DNA from: the human T2T-CHM13v2.0 reference genome, Homo sapiens
Length of the DNA: 64,000 bases
Strand: one strand, 5' to 3'
NCBI RefSeq assembly: GCF_009914755.1
Contig: NC_060934.1
The stretch's first letter is position 1. Each line of letters opens with the position of its first letter. Of the stretch, positions 1 through 16,142 are shown piece after piece. The position numbers and the translations under genes are program-made. The notes below the pieces were generated by a model, which was not told the origin of the DNA, did no database searches, and saw only the letters and a list, made by a program, of their open reading frames with translations.

Positions 1-93
1 AGCCAGGATGGTCTCGATCTCCTGACCTCATGATCCACCCGCCTCGGCCTCCCAAAGAGCTGGGATTACAGGCGTGAGCCACCGCGCCCGGCC
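1..93 (-). mobile_element. AluY-like, 5' portion (cut by window edge)
   Basis: AGCCAGGATGGTCTCGATCTCCTGACCTC...CCGCGCCCGGCC. Confidence 0.92.
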
Positions 94-2139
94 TCAATTT
101 ATTTTTTGAACATTTTGCCACCTAGGATGGCACGTATGGAAACTGAGTTGACCAAAGCCATTGATGCACCGGAATAAACCATTTCTTACCATCTTCATGA
201 TACAGTAGAAATAAATCTTCACAGAAACCAAAAAACAAAGCAAAACAACGACAACAACAAAAACATGGCTTCACTGGAACAAAGAGAGCTGTTGAACTTG
301 GGTGTGGCATGGAATCTGTCTGCACCTCAGTTTCCTCATCTGTTCAATGGGGAAACTGATTTCTTTTCTCCACACCCAGTTGGGGCAGATTGCCATGAGG
401 ATCTAAACCCAATGCATAAGTGAGGGGAGGGAAAAAAAGAAGCTTAAAGTGCACCACAGAGGTAGAGTAGGAGCATTATTGGGTGGTGGGAATTTGCTCT
501 AGATGAGAGAGAGCCTGCTGCAAATATAGGATTACATTTTTAATTACCTTCAGATGCCGACCTATGTAAACAGGCCTGTTATGCCTCTTTGGGAGGGGAT
601 AGGAGAAACGGATGGGATGGGACTCATTAACTTGCTGGCAATGCTTTTTTTGTGGCAGTTTTAAGGAAAACCTTTAGGAGAGGGAAAAACAGCCGCCTCT
701 GTTCACAGCTGCAATGGCAAAGAGATGCAAAAGAGCCGGTCCTTCTTCCTCTTTCCATCCTTTTCTGTTTTCTGTTCTGGGAGGTGCATTTGTCCACTTA
801 CAGCACTTGGCAACTTCTCTTTGGCAATGTTCATAAACGTTGCAGTGCAGGCATTTCCTGTGTGTGGTTTTTTTCCTTTTGAAGCTTGTTTGCTGCACCC
901 TTTGGTGAGAGTTGCACCTCAAGGAGGGCTGGAGTACCTGTATAGTGCTGGATTGTGCAATGCCAGACAGATGGCTTTTTTTTACCCCTGGCAAGATAAG
1001 ACTCTATGAAGTATGATTTTGTTAATAGTCTCTCTCCCAGTCCTGGTCCTCTTGGGAGCCTCCCATGATTGGTCAGTTGGATGATTATAATGGGCACTAA
1101 TTATACCTGGAAGCTAAGGTATAGCAGGCCTCACTTACAAAGCCCTTGGTGATAAGGATTTTGGTAAATACAATGAGACGAAAACGACTTAATCTTTCTA
1201 AAAGGACAAAAGAATTACTTCTTGAAAAATGAGCAACTTAAGAAAACGGTTAAACAGAGGAAAGAGAAATGAAACAGAAATGCTTCCAGCTTTTTACCGA
1301 TGAGGAGAGAAGAGGCAAATTTGGATTAACCCTGTGTGGACTGCCGTGGACTCAGTTGAGAGCAGTCATCATCTCGTCCTGGATGGATACTAAGAATGTT
1401 CTGATGACACAGTGACTCCCAATAAAGGGAATTCTCAAGTGTGAAAGCCAAATACAGCCCTTCTTTCTAGACCCTAAATATGTACATTGAAGCCAAGAAA
1501 TAGCCCCAACCTACGCCCAGATACAAAGGCCCTTAGTAAGGCTTTTCTTCCTTCTGAATGATTCATGAGCAGCTATGCCCCAGACCGTGAGGCTGATCTT
1601 TAGCCTGTAGCTCTTCCCCCTAGAATTTATCAACCACGAGTGTTCAGCAAGGCCAGGATGACTGTAGGAGAGCACGCAGAAGAGGGAGCTTGTGCACAGA
1701 GAGGCAACGAAGGCCACATGAGTTCCAGAAGGAACTTCCTGGAAGGAGGGGTTCTGAGCATAGGGAGCAGAAGGAAGCCATACAGCTAAGGGAGAATTGA
1801 GACTTGCTATTTCCAGAGGAGAGCTGATGCCAGTGTTCCACACACCTGTGTGGACTTTCCATTGATTTCTTTCCAGCAGCTGGCTTGCTTCTTCATGATT
1901 TTGGAATGACCCAATTAGGCAGGGCTGTGGTAGCTTAGTACCGCGCTGCTCATTGGAGCATCTGGCCACATGGACCAGGACACCCCCAGGCCTAATCTCC
2001 AATAGACTCTCTGCACACCTAGATGTTTTACATCCAGGAAGAAAACAATTTTGTGGCAGACAAGTTCATTTGGTTCAATCGCTGAGCCAGTGAGTCCAGG
2101 AGCCCAAGTTCAATGTTCTTAGACTTGTCCACAGGCCTC

Positions 2140-2936
<797 letters not shown>

Positions 2937-3451
2937 GTTTATTTAACTGAATTTGAACAAAAATCCCCACACATACCAGTTTAGCTGGAACTCTTCTCAG
3001 ACCACATTCTAAGGCAGCTTCTGAAGACATGTGCTCTTGGGGGATATTTAAGGGGACCAGCCCTTTCTTTGCTATAACTGAAACACGAATATGGCCCACG
3101 TATCGTACTGAAAGGATGTGATTATAAACTAAAAGTAGATGTGGATGACAGAGACCTTGCCCTCTAGCAGCTGGCTGAGTAGAACCTTCAAAGTTGCCTT
3201 GTGTGGGTCCTTCTCACTTTTGATCTATTTTAGCAGAAAGTGGTATCCAGACTTTTTGCCAGAATATCGATCATTTCACTAGATTCTACTAGTCTAAGTT
3301 GTCAGAGAAGGAAAAGGGATATTGTTATGTTGTTCAACAGAAATAGACTAAAATAGGCAGCCTCAGTTCCTGTCTTCCCCTTTGCAGTGAATAGTAGCAG
3401 TACCCCCCAGCCACACTCTGGGCTTCCAACTCAGGCTCACTGGGATAGATT

Positions 3452-3843
3452 GTGTTACTCACAATACTTTCTCTCCTCCTGCTCTTTCATTGTTCACTAT
3501 GAGTTCCCATACCATTGATGTTATACTTGGCTGTGGGACTTGCTTTGGCCATATAATAGGGACAGAAGTGACAGTGTGCCAGCTCTGACCCTAGGCCTTC
3601 AGAAGAAGCAATTTTTTTTTCTACCTTCCCTTCTTGAGGTTCTAACACCCAACATGAGAAGAGCCTGAAGAGCCATCAAATCAAGAATGAAAGCCCCAAG
3701 GAGGAGACCTGAATCTAGTCCACAGCTTGAAGCAGAACTGCCCCAGCCAACCCACAAAACCATGAGTGAAAAAAGCACATTTGTTGTTGAGATTTTGTAT
3801 TGTTTGTTACTCAGCATTGTTGCAGTAATAGCTGACTAATGCA
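3452..3843 (+). mobile_element. MLT1G/H-like MaLR LTR
   Basis: GACTTGCTTTGGCCA...GAAGTGACAGTGTGCCAG and terminal TTTGTTACTCAGCATTGTTGCAGTAATAGCTGACTAATGCA. Confidence 0.7.
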
Positions 3844-4958
3844 CTCATTAAGAGCTTTCTAGTGGTCAAGACTGTCCAAGATTTCACTATACATCTCTCC
3901 ACCCTTTTCTTCCAAGTGACTAGCCTTGAAAGGGACAGGTACCAAAGGTATCTCTGTCAAATGCACTTTTGATACAGTTACCAATGTTAGATAAAGAAAA
4001 AGGCATTACCTAAGACTAACTGGAGTAACTGGAAGGTACAAGGCAAACAAAGAAAGGTAAAGCATAGATTATGCAGGAGATGATTGAGATAATGACTGAT
4101 ACATTTTGACTTTTCAGCTGTCATTACTGAGATAGATTGGCTTTGCTTGCCTTTTGTCCTATATTTCAAAAGCAAGTCTCTAAATTATTGACTACTTTGG
4201 TGAACTCAAACACTCTCTAATTAATGATCTAAGTTTTCCTGGATAAAGAAAAAAAGGCTTCATCAGAATAAAAGCTTCCATCATGTGACTGTTTTCTTAT
4301 TTAATCCTCATCTTGTTCGAACAACAAGGCTTTGGGTTGTCCTTGCCACCGAGCAGCAGGAACTCTGTAAGGGAGGGAGGGAGTGGGACAGATTTGCTGG
4401 AAGATAAATTGGGATCATGACTTCCTTTCAGATTTTAGAAGATTCTCTTGGGCACTTTTACACAGACACAGAGTGGTGCTCACTTCTAAAATAAGACCCC
4501 AGAATCTCATCTGCTTCTGCTGGAGGACAATGCCAACCTTCTCCATGGCTGAACATTGTAACACACGTGACCCTTCCATTTTCTGGCTCCATCCGGCAAT
4601 AATACTAACATCGGTTGAGTGTCTACTAAGTGCTGGGTGCATGATGAGCATGTCATGTGCCGTACCTCATTTGCAATAGCCCTGTATAAGAGGTACCATT
4701 ATTGAATTCATCTTACTCATGAGAGAGCAGATACAGAAACGTTAAGCCCCCCAAGATCACACAGCTGGTGAGTCAGGGAGCCGGATTTAGACTCAGGCAG
4801 TCTGCTTCTGAGTTGGTGCTCTGAACCACTGGGTACCAGAAGCTTCCCTCTGAGTTTCTGACAAAAAGTATCATCTACAGCCCCTGGCTCCTTTCCAGCT
4901 ACCAAAAGGCCAGCTGAGCTCCAAAGGATGCATGGTCCCTTCATTCATTCATTCCTTC

Positions 4959-4962
<4 letters not shown>

Positions 4963-4991
<29 letters not shown>
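4963..4991. repeat. (AC)n microsatellite
   Basis: About 14 units. Confidence 0.95.
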
Positions 4992-4994
<3 letters not shown>

Positions 4995-7162
4995 GCACGC
5001 AATCTGTGCTTGGGTTAAGGAAATGCCTTGGATCATCGGAAAAGCATGGACCTTGGTTTTTCCTGGTTGTTTTACTGAACTGCACTTGGGGCAGGTGGGC
5101 CATCAACATTCACTGAGGATGCTGTAGCTGAAGATAAAGTAGCTGTATCATTTTGTCACTTGGTATTGTAAATATGTCACTGGGGCTTTGTCCTTGATGT
5201 AACCCAGTGACTACTGCATGAGGATTCATGGGAGAAAGTGATTTCAGGTGTAATATCCAACCAATAGGTATGGATGCACCTTATGGACACCTGTAGTCTT
5301 TGCCACTTCACATCAACTCTCAGGAACTTAGAGACAAATGTCTTTCCCACCTCTAGCACATGGCGAGAGTGCCACAGCCCCAAATTTGTGAGTTAACCGC
5401 TCTCTCCAGTCACAGAGAAGTCTTCTAGCTTTAGTTTTCATTGCCTTCCTTTTTTGACCTGTTTTTAATTGTTCTTGCTATATTATTTAGGAATACATGT
5501 ATGATTTGTGTAATGGTATGCTTCTCCAGCTTAGGGCATAGGCATAGATATGGTATCATCTCTTCTATTTTTTTCAGTTCATTATTTGAACACCATCCAC
5601 TTGCTACTAGCAGAATGTCCATCTTGACGGCTTCCTCATTCCTGAATCCTTAGCATTTAAATGAAGAAGTGAGCATTTTTAATCCTTCCTCTAAATGCTG
5701 AATAAACAGAGAATTGCGGTGGCTGAGTGGTATGCTGAGTTGTTGTTGTGGCCACTGCCATGGGGTGTCCCTGCTGGTCCTCCACAGAAAACTGCTGTGT
5801 TCAAGATCCCTGCCAGGATCTCGGCGTGTTCCACCAAGGACCTCATGTTTGTTCTTTTAATTCACTATCATGAATTGCCAATTCATCCTCAAAGCATGAC
5901 AAAAGCCAGGGTACCAGCCATCAGCACACACCATGCTGGGCCAGTCTCCCTACCCCAGCAAAACTCCTGGGACCTTGGGATGAGCCTGGGTCATGAGCTC
6001 AGGATGACATTCCCTTTTCTGATCTCTACGACCAAGAAATTCTTTTACAGAGCCCCTTGCTTTCTTTCTTGCTGGAGAACTTTGGCCAGGTCTTCGAATC
6101 TCAGGGAGCAATGTGTAAGGTTCTAATACCATCCTTCCCAGAGGGTCCTGAGCTCCTAATGCAAATGAGTGTTCCCCATTTCAGAGGTATCATCCCGCTG
6201 AGGGCCAGTGGAGCTCTCCAGCATCAGTGCCTGGCTGACCTCACACACCTTGCATGTGGTCCTGAACTTTGAGTCATCTGGCCTTGTGCAACTTGGCTGC
6301 CAATAGCTACATTTAGCACTATTCACTCACTTATCCATTGGTGACTATTTGGTAAGTGCCTACTACGTGTGTATGTGTCAGGGCTGAGGATGCAGCCTCT
6401 GGTGGGAATGGCCCCCAGCCCTTAAATAGCCCCCAGCCCTTAAGAAGCTTACAATCTAGTGGGAGAATACAGGCAATGAGGTATTAAAAAATAAAGCATT
6501 TACAAACATTGATAAGTGTGAGGATGAGTAGAAGAAATGATTAGGGGCTCCATTCTGGGTCATTGGTTAGCCCAATGCAGAGTTCCCAGAAGCTGAAAAG
6601 CTCAGTAGAAGTGGAAAGCAGGAAGAACTTGCAGAGGTTTCTGCCACACAAGGTGAGTCTGTTTCCAAAAGAATAACCAGGGGTACTTCCATATAGAATG
6701 AGCCAGAAGCCTTTAATGAGGTTTATTCTTATTACCTTTGAAACAAAAGTTAAAGAAGTAATAACTGTATAGCTCAAAGTGGCCTCGGAGACCTTGTAGT
6801 CCAACACCATCTTTTCTTTGGGAGAGGGTGATAACCAACATCTAGAGAAGGGAAATAACCAGGTCAAAGTCACACAGAAAGTGATGGGAGAATTAATCTT
6901 AACTTCCACACCAGAAGAAGGCCAGGTCTTCCATTATTACAAAACCTTGGGCCTCAAAAGAAGAGAAGAGTCTTCCATGAGACTTTACCATGAAGAAAGC
7001 AAAGTGATCAACTTCCCCTCTTTGTGTGGATGACCCTCTTAATCTTTTAACTCTAAGGTAATAAGCATGAACACAAAAAACTAAGTTGCTATTTGATGAC
7101 AGTATCATGCTTTCAGACCAGTTCTAAGATCACTTACCTTCAGATTGCTTGTAAAGTAAATA

Positions 7163-7391
7163 GAGGTTGAGTATCCCTTACCCAAAATCCTTGGGACCAG
7201 AAATGTTCTTTTTGAACATTTTCAGATTTTGAAGTATTTGCATTATACTTATTGATTGAGTATCCCCTAATCCTAAAATCTAAAGTGCAAAATGCTCCAA
7301 TAAGCATTTTCTTTGAGTATCAAGTCAGAGCTCAAAAAGTTTCAAATTTTTTTTAGAATTTTGGATTTTGGACTTTTGGATATTCAACCTG
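7163..7391 (+). mobile_element. Tigger4a/MER46A-like MITE
   Basis: TIRs (G)AGGTTGAGTATCC ... GGATATTCAACCTG flanked by TA. Confidence 0.85.
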
Positions 7392-7907
7392 TAGTAAATG
7401 TCCTTATGGCTATGACATTATTGGTTGGATTTCTTTTACATGCAGCCGTAAGCATTCCTAACGGATAAAGGTTCTTTTAGGGATACTTGTCCTATTAAGC
7501 TCTTAATACATTAACTGTTACCAGGACAGTAGGAACACTGTACAGATTTGATCAATAAATAGGTAAATATTTTTTTCAGATAAAATTCACGTAACAGTAA
7601 ATTCATCATTTTACCCATTTTAAAATGTACAATTCTGTTGTTTTTAGTACATTCACAATGCTGTACATCCATTACCACTACGTAATTGCAGAACATTTTC
7701 ATCATTCCAAAAAGAAACCCAAATCCATTAAGCAGTCACATCCTATTTCCCCACACCCAACCCAGCCCTTGGCAGCCACTAATTTCCCTGTCCTTTATAG
7801 GCTTGCCTATTCTGGACATTGCATATAAATGGAATCATGTAATATGTGACCTTTTGTGTCTGGCTTTTTACAATTAGCATAATGTTTCCAAAGTTTATCC
7901 ATGATGT

Positions 7908-8124
7908 CACATCTACTCAACTTACAATAATTTGGCGTATGATTTTTCACTTTACAATGGTGGGAAAGTGATATGCATTCAGTAGAAACTGTACATCAAG
8001 GTAAGGTAGGCTAAGCTGTAATATTCTGTAGGTTAGGTATATTAAATGCCTTTTGGACTTAAGATATTTTCATTTATGATGAGTTTATCAGGAGGTAGCT
8101 CTACCATAAGTCGAGAAGCATCTG
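7908..8124 (-). mobile_element. MER47A-like Tigger MITE (internally deleted) nested in L1
   Basis: Ends ATAAGTCGAGAAGCATCTG (Tigger TIR); internal GGTAGGCTAAGCT...GGTTAGGTATATTAAATGC matches MER47. Confidence 0.75.
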
Positions 8125-8996
8125 TGTCTGTCCTTTTTAGGGCTGAAGAATCTATTGTATGGACATATCGGATCAGGTTGAGTCATTCATCAGTTGATGG
8201 GCATATGGGTTGTTTCCACTTTGGGGGCTATTAAAATGGAGGCTGCTATGAGCCCTTGTGTACAAGTTTTTGTTTGAACATATGTTTTCAATGATCTTGG
8301 GAATCTAGGAATGTAATTGCTGGGTTGTATAGCAATGCTATGTTTAATTTTTTTGAGGAACAGCCAAGCTATTTTCTGCAGCAGTTGCATTATCTTACAA
8401 TCCTAACAACAATGTATGAAGGTTCCAATTGCTTCACATCCTCACCAACACTTGTTATTTCCCTTTTTAAATTTTAGCCATCCTAGTGGGTGTGAAGTGG
8501 TATCTCATTGTAGTTTTGATTGGCCTTTCCCTATGTCTAATGATGTTGAACGTTGTTCTCAAGTGCAATATGGACATTTGCATATTTTCTTTGGAGAGAT
8601 GTCAATTCTAGTCATTTGCTGAATTTTAAATTGGGTTGTCTTTTTCTAATTGAGTTTTAGGGGATCTTTTTATATTCTGGATATTAAATCCAATATATGA
8701 TTTGCCAGTGTTTTGTCTCATTCTGTTTTTTGTTTTTTCACTTTCTTAATATTTTCTTTTGGTGCATGGAAGTTTTTAATTTTGATGAAGTTCATCCAAT
8801 TTTCTATTTTTTTCTTTTGTGACTTGTACTTCTGATGTCACATTTAAGAAATCCAAGGTCATGAGGTTTTATACCTATGTTTTCTTCTGAGAGTTTTATA
8901 ATTTTAACTTTTATATGTAGGTCTTTGATCCATTTTGAGTTACTACAAATTAATTCTTTTTCATGTGGATATTCATTTGCCTCAGTGCCATTTGTC

Positions 8997-9163
8997 TTTG
9001 ATTTGTTTTGCTTTGTTTTCTTTGAAACAAGGTCTTGCTCTGTTGCCTAGGCTGGAAGGTAGTGGTGTGACACTGCAGCCTCAACCTCCTGGGCTCAAGC
9101 AGTCCTCCCACTTTGGCCTCCCAAAGTGCTGAGATTACAGATGTGAGCCACTGTACCCAAGCC
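8997..9163 (-). mobile_element. Old Alu monomer/deleted AluJ in L1
   Basis: Monomer-length Alu; TSD CCATTTGT. Confidence 0.8.
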
Positions 9164-9473
9164 CATTTGTTGAAAAGACTATTCTTCCCCATTGAATAGT
9201 CTTGGCACCTTTGTTGAAAATCAATTCACCAGAGATGTATGGGTATAATTCTGGACTCTCAATCCCATCCCATTTATCCATGGGGCTAGCATTACACCCA
9301 TACCTCACTGTTTTCATGACTATAGCTCTGTAGTAAGTTTTGAAATCAGAAAATACGAGGTTTTCCTCCCAGTATTGTTTTAGCTATTTTGTGTCCCTTA
9401 AAATTCCACATAAATTTTAAGATCAGCTTGTTTATTTCTGCAAAGAAAAAAATCTCACTGGAATTTTGATAGG

Positions 9474-9858
9474 TGCTATGATCTGAATGTTTCTGTCCTC
9501 TCCTTCATCCACCCTCTACCCCACCTCCCCTGCAGTTCATTTATTGAAATTCTAACCTCCAAATGATGGTAGTCAGAGATGGAGCCTTTGGGAGCTGATT
9601 AGGCCATGAAGCCTCTGTCCTCATGACTGGTATTAGTGCTCTTAAAAAAGATAACTCCCAGAGCTAGCTCTTCCTTTCCACTGAGGACACCGCAAGAAGG
9701 CTCCATCTATGAGCCAGAAAGTGAGCCCTCACCAGACATTGAATGTGCCTTGATTTTGGACTTCCCAGTCTCCAGAATTGTGAGAAATAAATTTCTGTTG
9801 TTTATTAGTGACCCAGTTTATGGTATTTTGTTATAGCAGCTCAGATGAACTAAGAAAA
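9474..9858 (+). mobile_element. MaLR solo LTR (MLT1A/A0-like) nested in L1
   Basis: TGCTATGATCTGAATG start; CTTGATTTTGGACTTCCCAGTCTCCAGAATTGTGAGAAATAAATTTCTG; TATAGCAGC...ACTAAGA end. Confidence 0.85.
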
Positions 9859-10312
9859 TGGGCATTGCATTAAATCTGTAGATTGGTTTGAGTAGTATTT
9901 CCATGTTAACAATATTGTCTTCCAATCTATGAAAACAGGATGTCTTTCCATTTATTTAGGCATTTTTAATTTCTTTAAACAATGCTTTATAGTTTTAGTG
10001 TACAAGTCTTAGGTTTCCTTAATTAAATTTATTCCTAAGTATCTCATTCTTTTTGATATTATTGTAAATGGAATTATTTTCTTAATTTTATTTCCAGATT
10101 GTTCATTGCTAGAGTATAGAAATACTACTGATTTTGTATATCAGTGCAAAAGTAATTGTGGTTTTTCCATTGTTGAAATTTGCCCTTTGATACTGGAATA
10201 CTATTCTTAAATAAATGTGATTATGTTATACATCATTTTAATGCACATTTCTCACTTTATGTTTTTGCTAATGACTTATTACTTGCTATTTATTTTATAT
10301 TTATTTTAGACT

Positions 10313-11653
<1,341 letters not shown>

Positions 11654-13745
11654 TGAAGATGTGTTTGAGCCTAGTTATAATCATTTAAAATTCACAGTCC
11701 AAAACCACAATTACTTTTGTACCAACATATATATATATCATATATTTTATATCTATATATCATTTTTAATACATATTCTGCAACTTTGCTAAACTTGTTT
11801 GTTAGCTCTAATAGTTTATTTTTTGCACGGCTTCTTTGGGGTTTTCTACATATTAAGATCATGTAATTTTCAAATAGAGGAAATTTTATGCCTTCTTTTA
11901 CAATCTGCATGGCTTTTATTCCTTTTTCTTGCCTAATTGCCCTGGCTAGAACTTCCAGTACCATGTTAGATGGAAGTACTGAGAGCAGGCATTCTTATCT
12001 AGTTTCTGATTTGGGAGGAAGCTTTTAGTCTTTCACCACTGACTATATTGTTAACTATGGATTTCCATACATGCCCTTAAGGTTGAGGAAGTTCCCTTGT
12101 ATTTCTAGTTCATTGAACTGTACATTTCTTCCCTCTATTCTGTCAGTTTTTGCTTTCTATATTTTGGGGCTCTGTTAGATGTATATTATTTATAACTGTT
12201 ACAATCTTCTCATAAGATTGACCCTTTTATCATTATATAATCTCCTTCTTTGTCTCTTACAACAATTTTTGCCTTAAAGTCTATTTTATCTGATATTAGC
12301 GTAGCTATTCCAGTTCTCTTTTGGTTACCGTTTTCTATAATATCTTTTTCTGTCTTCCCACTTTCAACCTATTTGCTTCTTTTAATGTAAAGTAAATATC
12401 TCATAAACAGCATATAGTTCTACCAAACCTTGTCTTCTAAATGGAGACTTAAACCAATTTTCTTTCAAAGTTATTGTTACAGAAAGGCTTTCGTTTTGCT
12501 ATTTGTTCTCTATGTCTTATATCTCTTTTGTTCCTCAGTTGTATCATCACTGCCTTCTTTTGTGTTAAGTAGATATTTTCCAGGATACTGTTTTGTTTCT
12601 TTTGGTATATCTTTTGGTATATATTTTTTCTTAGTGGTTGCCATGGATTTTATAATTAACATCTTAATTTATAACACTCTGGTTCAGATTTATACCAACT
12701 TAGCTTCAACAGTATTCAAAGTCTTTGATTCTATATTGGTCTGCTCCTTTTTTATGTTGCTATTGTCACAAATTACATCTTTGTACATTGTGTGCCTATC
12801 AACATAGGTTCGTAGCTGTTATTTTGTGCAATTGTTTTTTTTTTTAAATTATATAGGAAAAAGAGGAGTTACAAACCAAAAATAGATTGATACTATTAAT
12901 ATGTTTTATATTTACCTATGAAGTTACCTCTAACAGTTTTCTTTATTTCATTGAATGGATTTGAGTTATTATCTGAAAGACATTTCAGCTCAACAGGCTC
13001 TATTTAGTATTTCTTCTAGGGAAGATCTAGTAGTGACTAATTCTTTTCATTTTTGTTTATGTGGGAATATGTTAATTTCTCCTTCATTTTTGGAGCATAG
13101 TTTTGCCAGATATAGAATTCTTGGGATAGTTTTTTTTTTTTCCTCTTTCAGTATTTTACATGTATCTTCCCACTGCCTTCTGGCCTCCATTGTTTCTGAC
13201 AAAAAAATTAGCTGTTAATCTTATTAACAATTGCACATGGTGAGTTGCTTCTCTCTTGTTGCTTTCAATATTCTCATCTTTGATTATACAATTTGATTAT
13301 ACTCTGTCTCAGAGTGGATCTCTTTGAATTTATCCTATCTGGAGTTTGTTGAACTTCTTGGTGTGTAGATTAATATTATCATCAAAATTGGGAAATTCTC
13401 AGTCATTATTTCTTTAAATATTCCTTCTATCTGTCTCTCTCTTCTCTCCTGGGATTCCCATTATGCATATGTTAGTTTTCTTGATGGTGTTCCACAGTTT
13501 TCTTAGGTGGTTCACTTTTCTTCGTCTTCTTTTTTCCTTTCTGTACCTCAGGCTGGATTGTCTTAATTACCCTATTTTTAAATTTGTTGATTCTTTCTTT
13601 TGTCTGCTCACATATGCTTTTGAGTGCATCTAGTGAATTTTTCATCTTGATTATTGTACTTTTAAACTCCAGAATTTCTATCTGGCTCCTTTCTAAAATT
13701 TCTATCCCTTACTGACATTCTCTCTTTGGTAATATGTCATTCTGA

Positions 13746-13749
<4 letters not shown>

Positions 13750-13798
<49 letters not shown>

Positions 13799-13802
13799 GT
13801 GT
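13750..13802. repeat. (TG)n microsatellite
   Basis: About 21 perfect units plus an interrupted tail. Confidence 0.97.
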
Positions 13803-14234
13803 TTTCTGTACATGATTTCCTTTAGCTCTTTGAGCATGTTTACAATAGTTGATTTAAAGTCTTGGTCCAGTAAGTCCAACATTTAGGTGTCCTCAGGAAC
13901 TACTGATTGCTCTTCTTCCTGTGTATGGGCCATACTTTCTTGTTTCTTTGCATGCCTCACAATTTTTGCTTTTGTTGTTGAAAACTGGACATTACAGTGT
14001 GGCAACTCTGGAAATCAGATTCCCCTCCCTTCCAGAGGTGTTTTTTATTTTGTTTTTTTTTTTATTTTTTTTTTTAAATTGCTGCTTGGTGTACTACTTG
14101 TTTGTTTAATGATGTCTCTGAAGTAATTTTGTAAAGTCTGCATTTTCTGTCATTTCTGACTACTGAAGTCTCTGTTCTATTAGCTTAGTAGTCAGCTAGT
14201 GATTGAGCAGAGGTTTTCTTAAATGTCTGGAACA

Positions 14235-14551
14235 GGCCAGGTGGAGTGGTTTATGCCTGTAATCTCAACACTTTGGAGGCCACGGTGGGAAGATTGCTTG
14301 GGTCCGGGAGTTCAAGACCAGCCTGGGCAACATAGTGAGACCCTGTCTCTACAAAACAAACAAACAAACAAACAAGCAAAACCCAAAATAGCCAGGAATG
14401 GGGGCACACGCCTGTAGTCCCAGCTATGCAGGAGGCTGAGGTGACGGAATCACTTGAGCCTGGAAGTTGAGGCTGCAGTGAGCTATGATTGCTCCACTGC
14501 AGTCAAGCCTGAGCAAAAGAGTGAGCCTTATCTCAAAAGAGAGAGAGAGAG
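14235..14551 (+). mobile_element. AluJ
   Basis: Dimer with (GA)n tail; TSD AAATGTCTG(G/A)AACA. Confidence 0.9.
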
Positions 14552-15318
14552 AAATGTCTGAAACAAACAAATGAATAAACAAAATAAATCTTCTGGTCTT
14601 TGAAAATGAGCTTTGTGTGTATGTTGGAGGATACCCTCAGCACTCAGCCAGGCAGCTGACAACTCTACCTCAGCCTTTATTCCCTACTTATGCCCCATCT
14701 GAAGGTCAGCCAGAGGTAAGAACTTAGGCCCTCCTCAGGTCTTTCCTGAGCATATGACTAGCCTTGGGCATGCATATGGTTTTCTAGATTCTGAAGAAAG
14801 TGTCAGAACTTTCCAAACCCCTTATTTACCAAAGCATTTTATTGCCCAGCTTGGTTTTGGTTAGTCTATTGTTTGCCCCAACTGATAGCAGTGACAAAAT
14901 ATAGAAGTATAAGAGAAGGTCCTTTGCCCTAAGGAGGTCACAATACTTAGGATGAATGGAAATTCTTAACAAAATCTTCTGCTTCTACATAACAGTAAAA
15001 TATTACACCCTTCCTTCTGCCTTTCAGACTTTCTGCCCTCCTCTCTCTTCCTTCCCCCATCCTCCCTCCCCCACTTCCTTCTCTCCTTCCACAAATGTAA
15101 GATGTGCTAGGCACTGCCTACACAATGAAAATACAGCACTAAACAAAACAGACTTGGTTTTTACTCTTAAGAGACTTACAATCTAGTGGTTGAGTCAGAA
15201 ATTCAAAAGCATTCACAAATGATGAATTACCATTGAATCTAGGTAATAACAGAAGCTTATGATCTAAACTCAGAGGTCATGAATTGTATCCTTAAAGAAA
15301 AAAAAAAAATAAACACTT

Positions 15319-15621
<303 letters not shown>

Positions 15622-15846
15622 ATTTAATGTAGATTAAGAAAGGGAAATAAGACTTATTCAAGAGAAGAAGTAAGGGGAGCGTTCAGGAGGAAGGACCAGG
15701 AGATATGCAAAGGCCATGGGACAGGAGTAAACGTGAGAGAGGGCCATGGAAAGCAGGCCAGTGCACTGGGCACTGAGAGGGAAGGGAGGCAATGGTACAA
15801 GGTGGGAGTTAAAAAGGAACAGAGCAGGCCCGTGCCATCCAGGGTC

Positions 15847-16142
15847 TTTTTTTTTTTTTTGAGTTGGAGTCTTGCTGTGGTTCCCGGGCTGGAGTACAGT
15901 GGCATGATCTTGGCTCACTGCAACCTTCACTTCCCAGGTTCAAGCAATTCTCCTGCCTCAGCCTTCCGAGTAGCTGGGAGTACAAGCATGTGCCATCACG
16001 CCCGGCTAATTTTTGTATTTTTAGTAGAGATGGGGTTTCGCCATGTTGGCCAGGCTGGTCTCGAACTCCTGACCTCAGGTGATCCACCCACCTCAGCCTC
16101 CCAAAGTGCTGGAATTACAGACCTGAGCCACCACACCCAGCC
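15847..16142 (-). mobile_element. AluS
   Basis: Antisense dimer; TSD CCATC(CA/TG)GGGTC. Confidence 0.93.
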
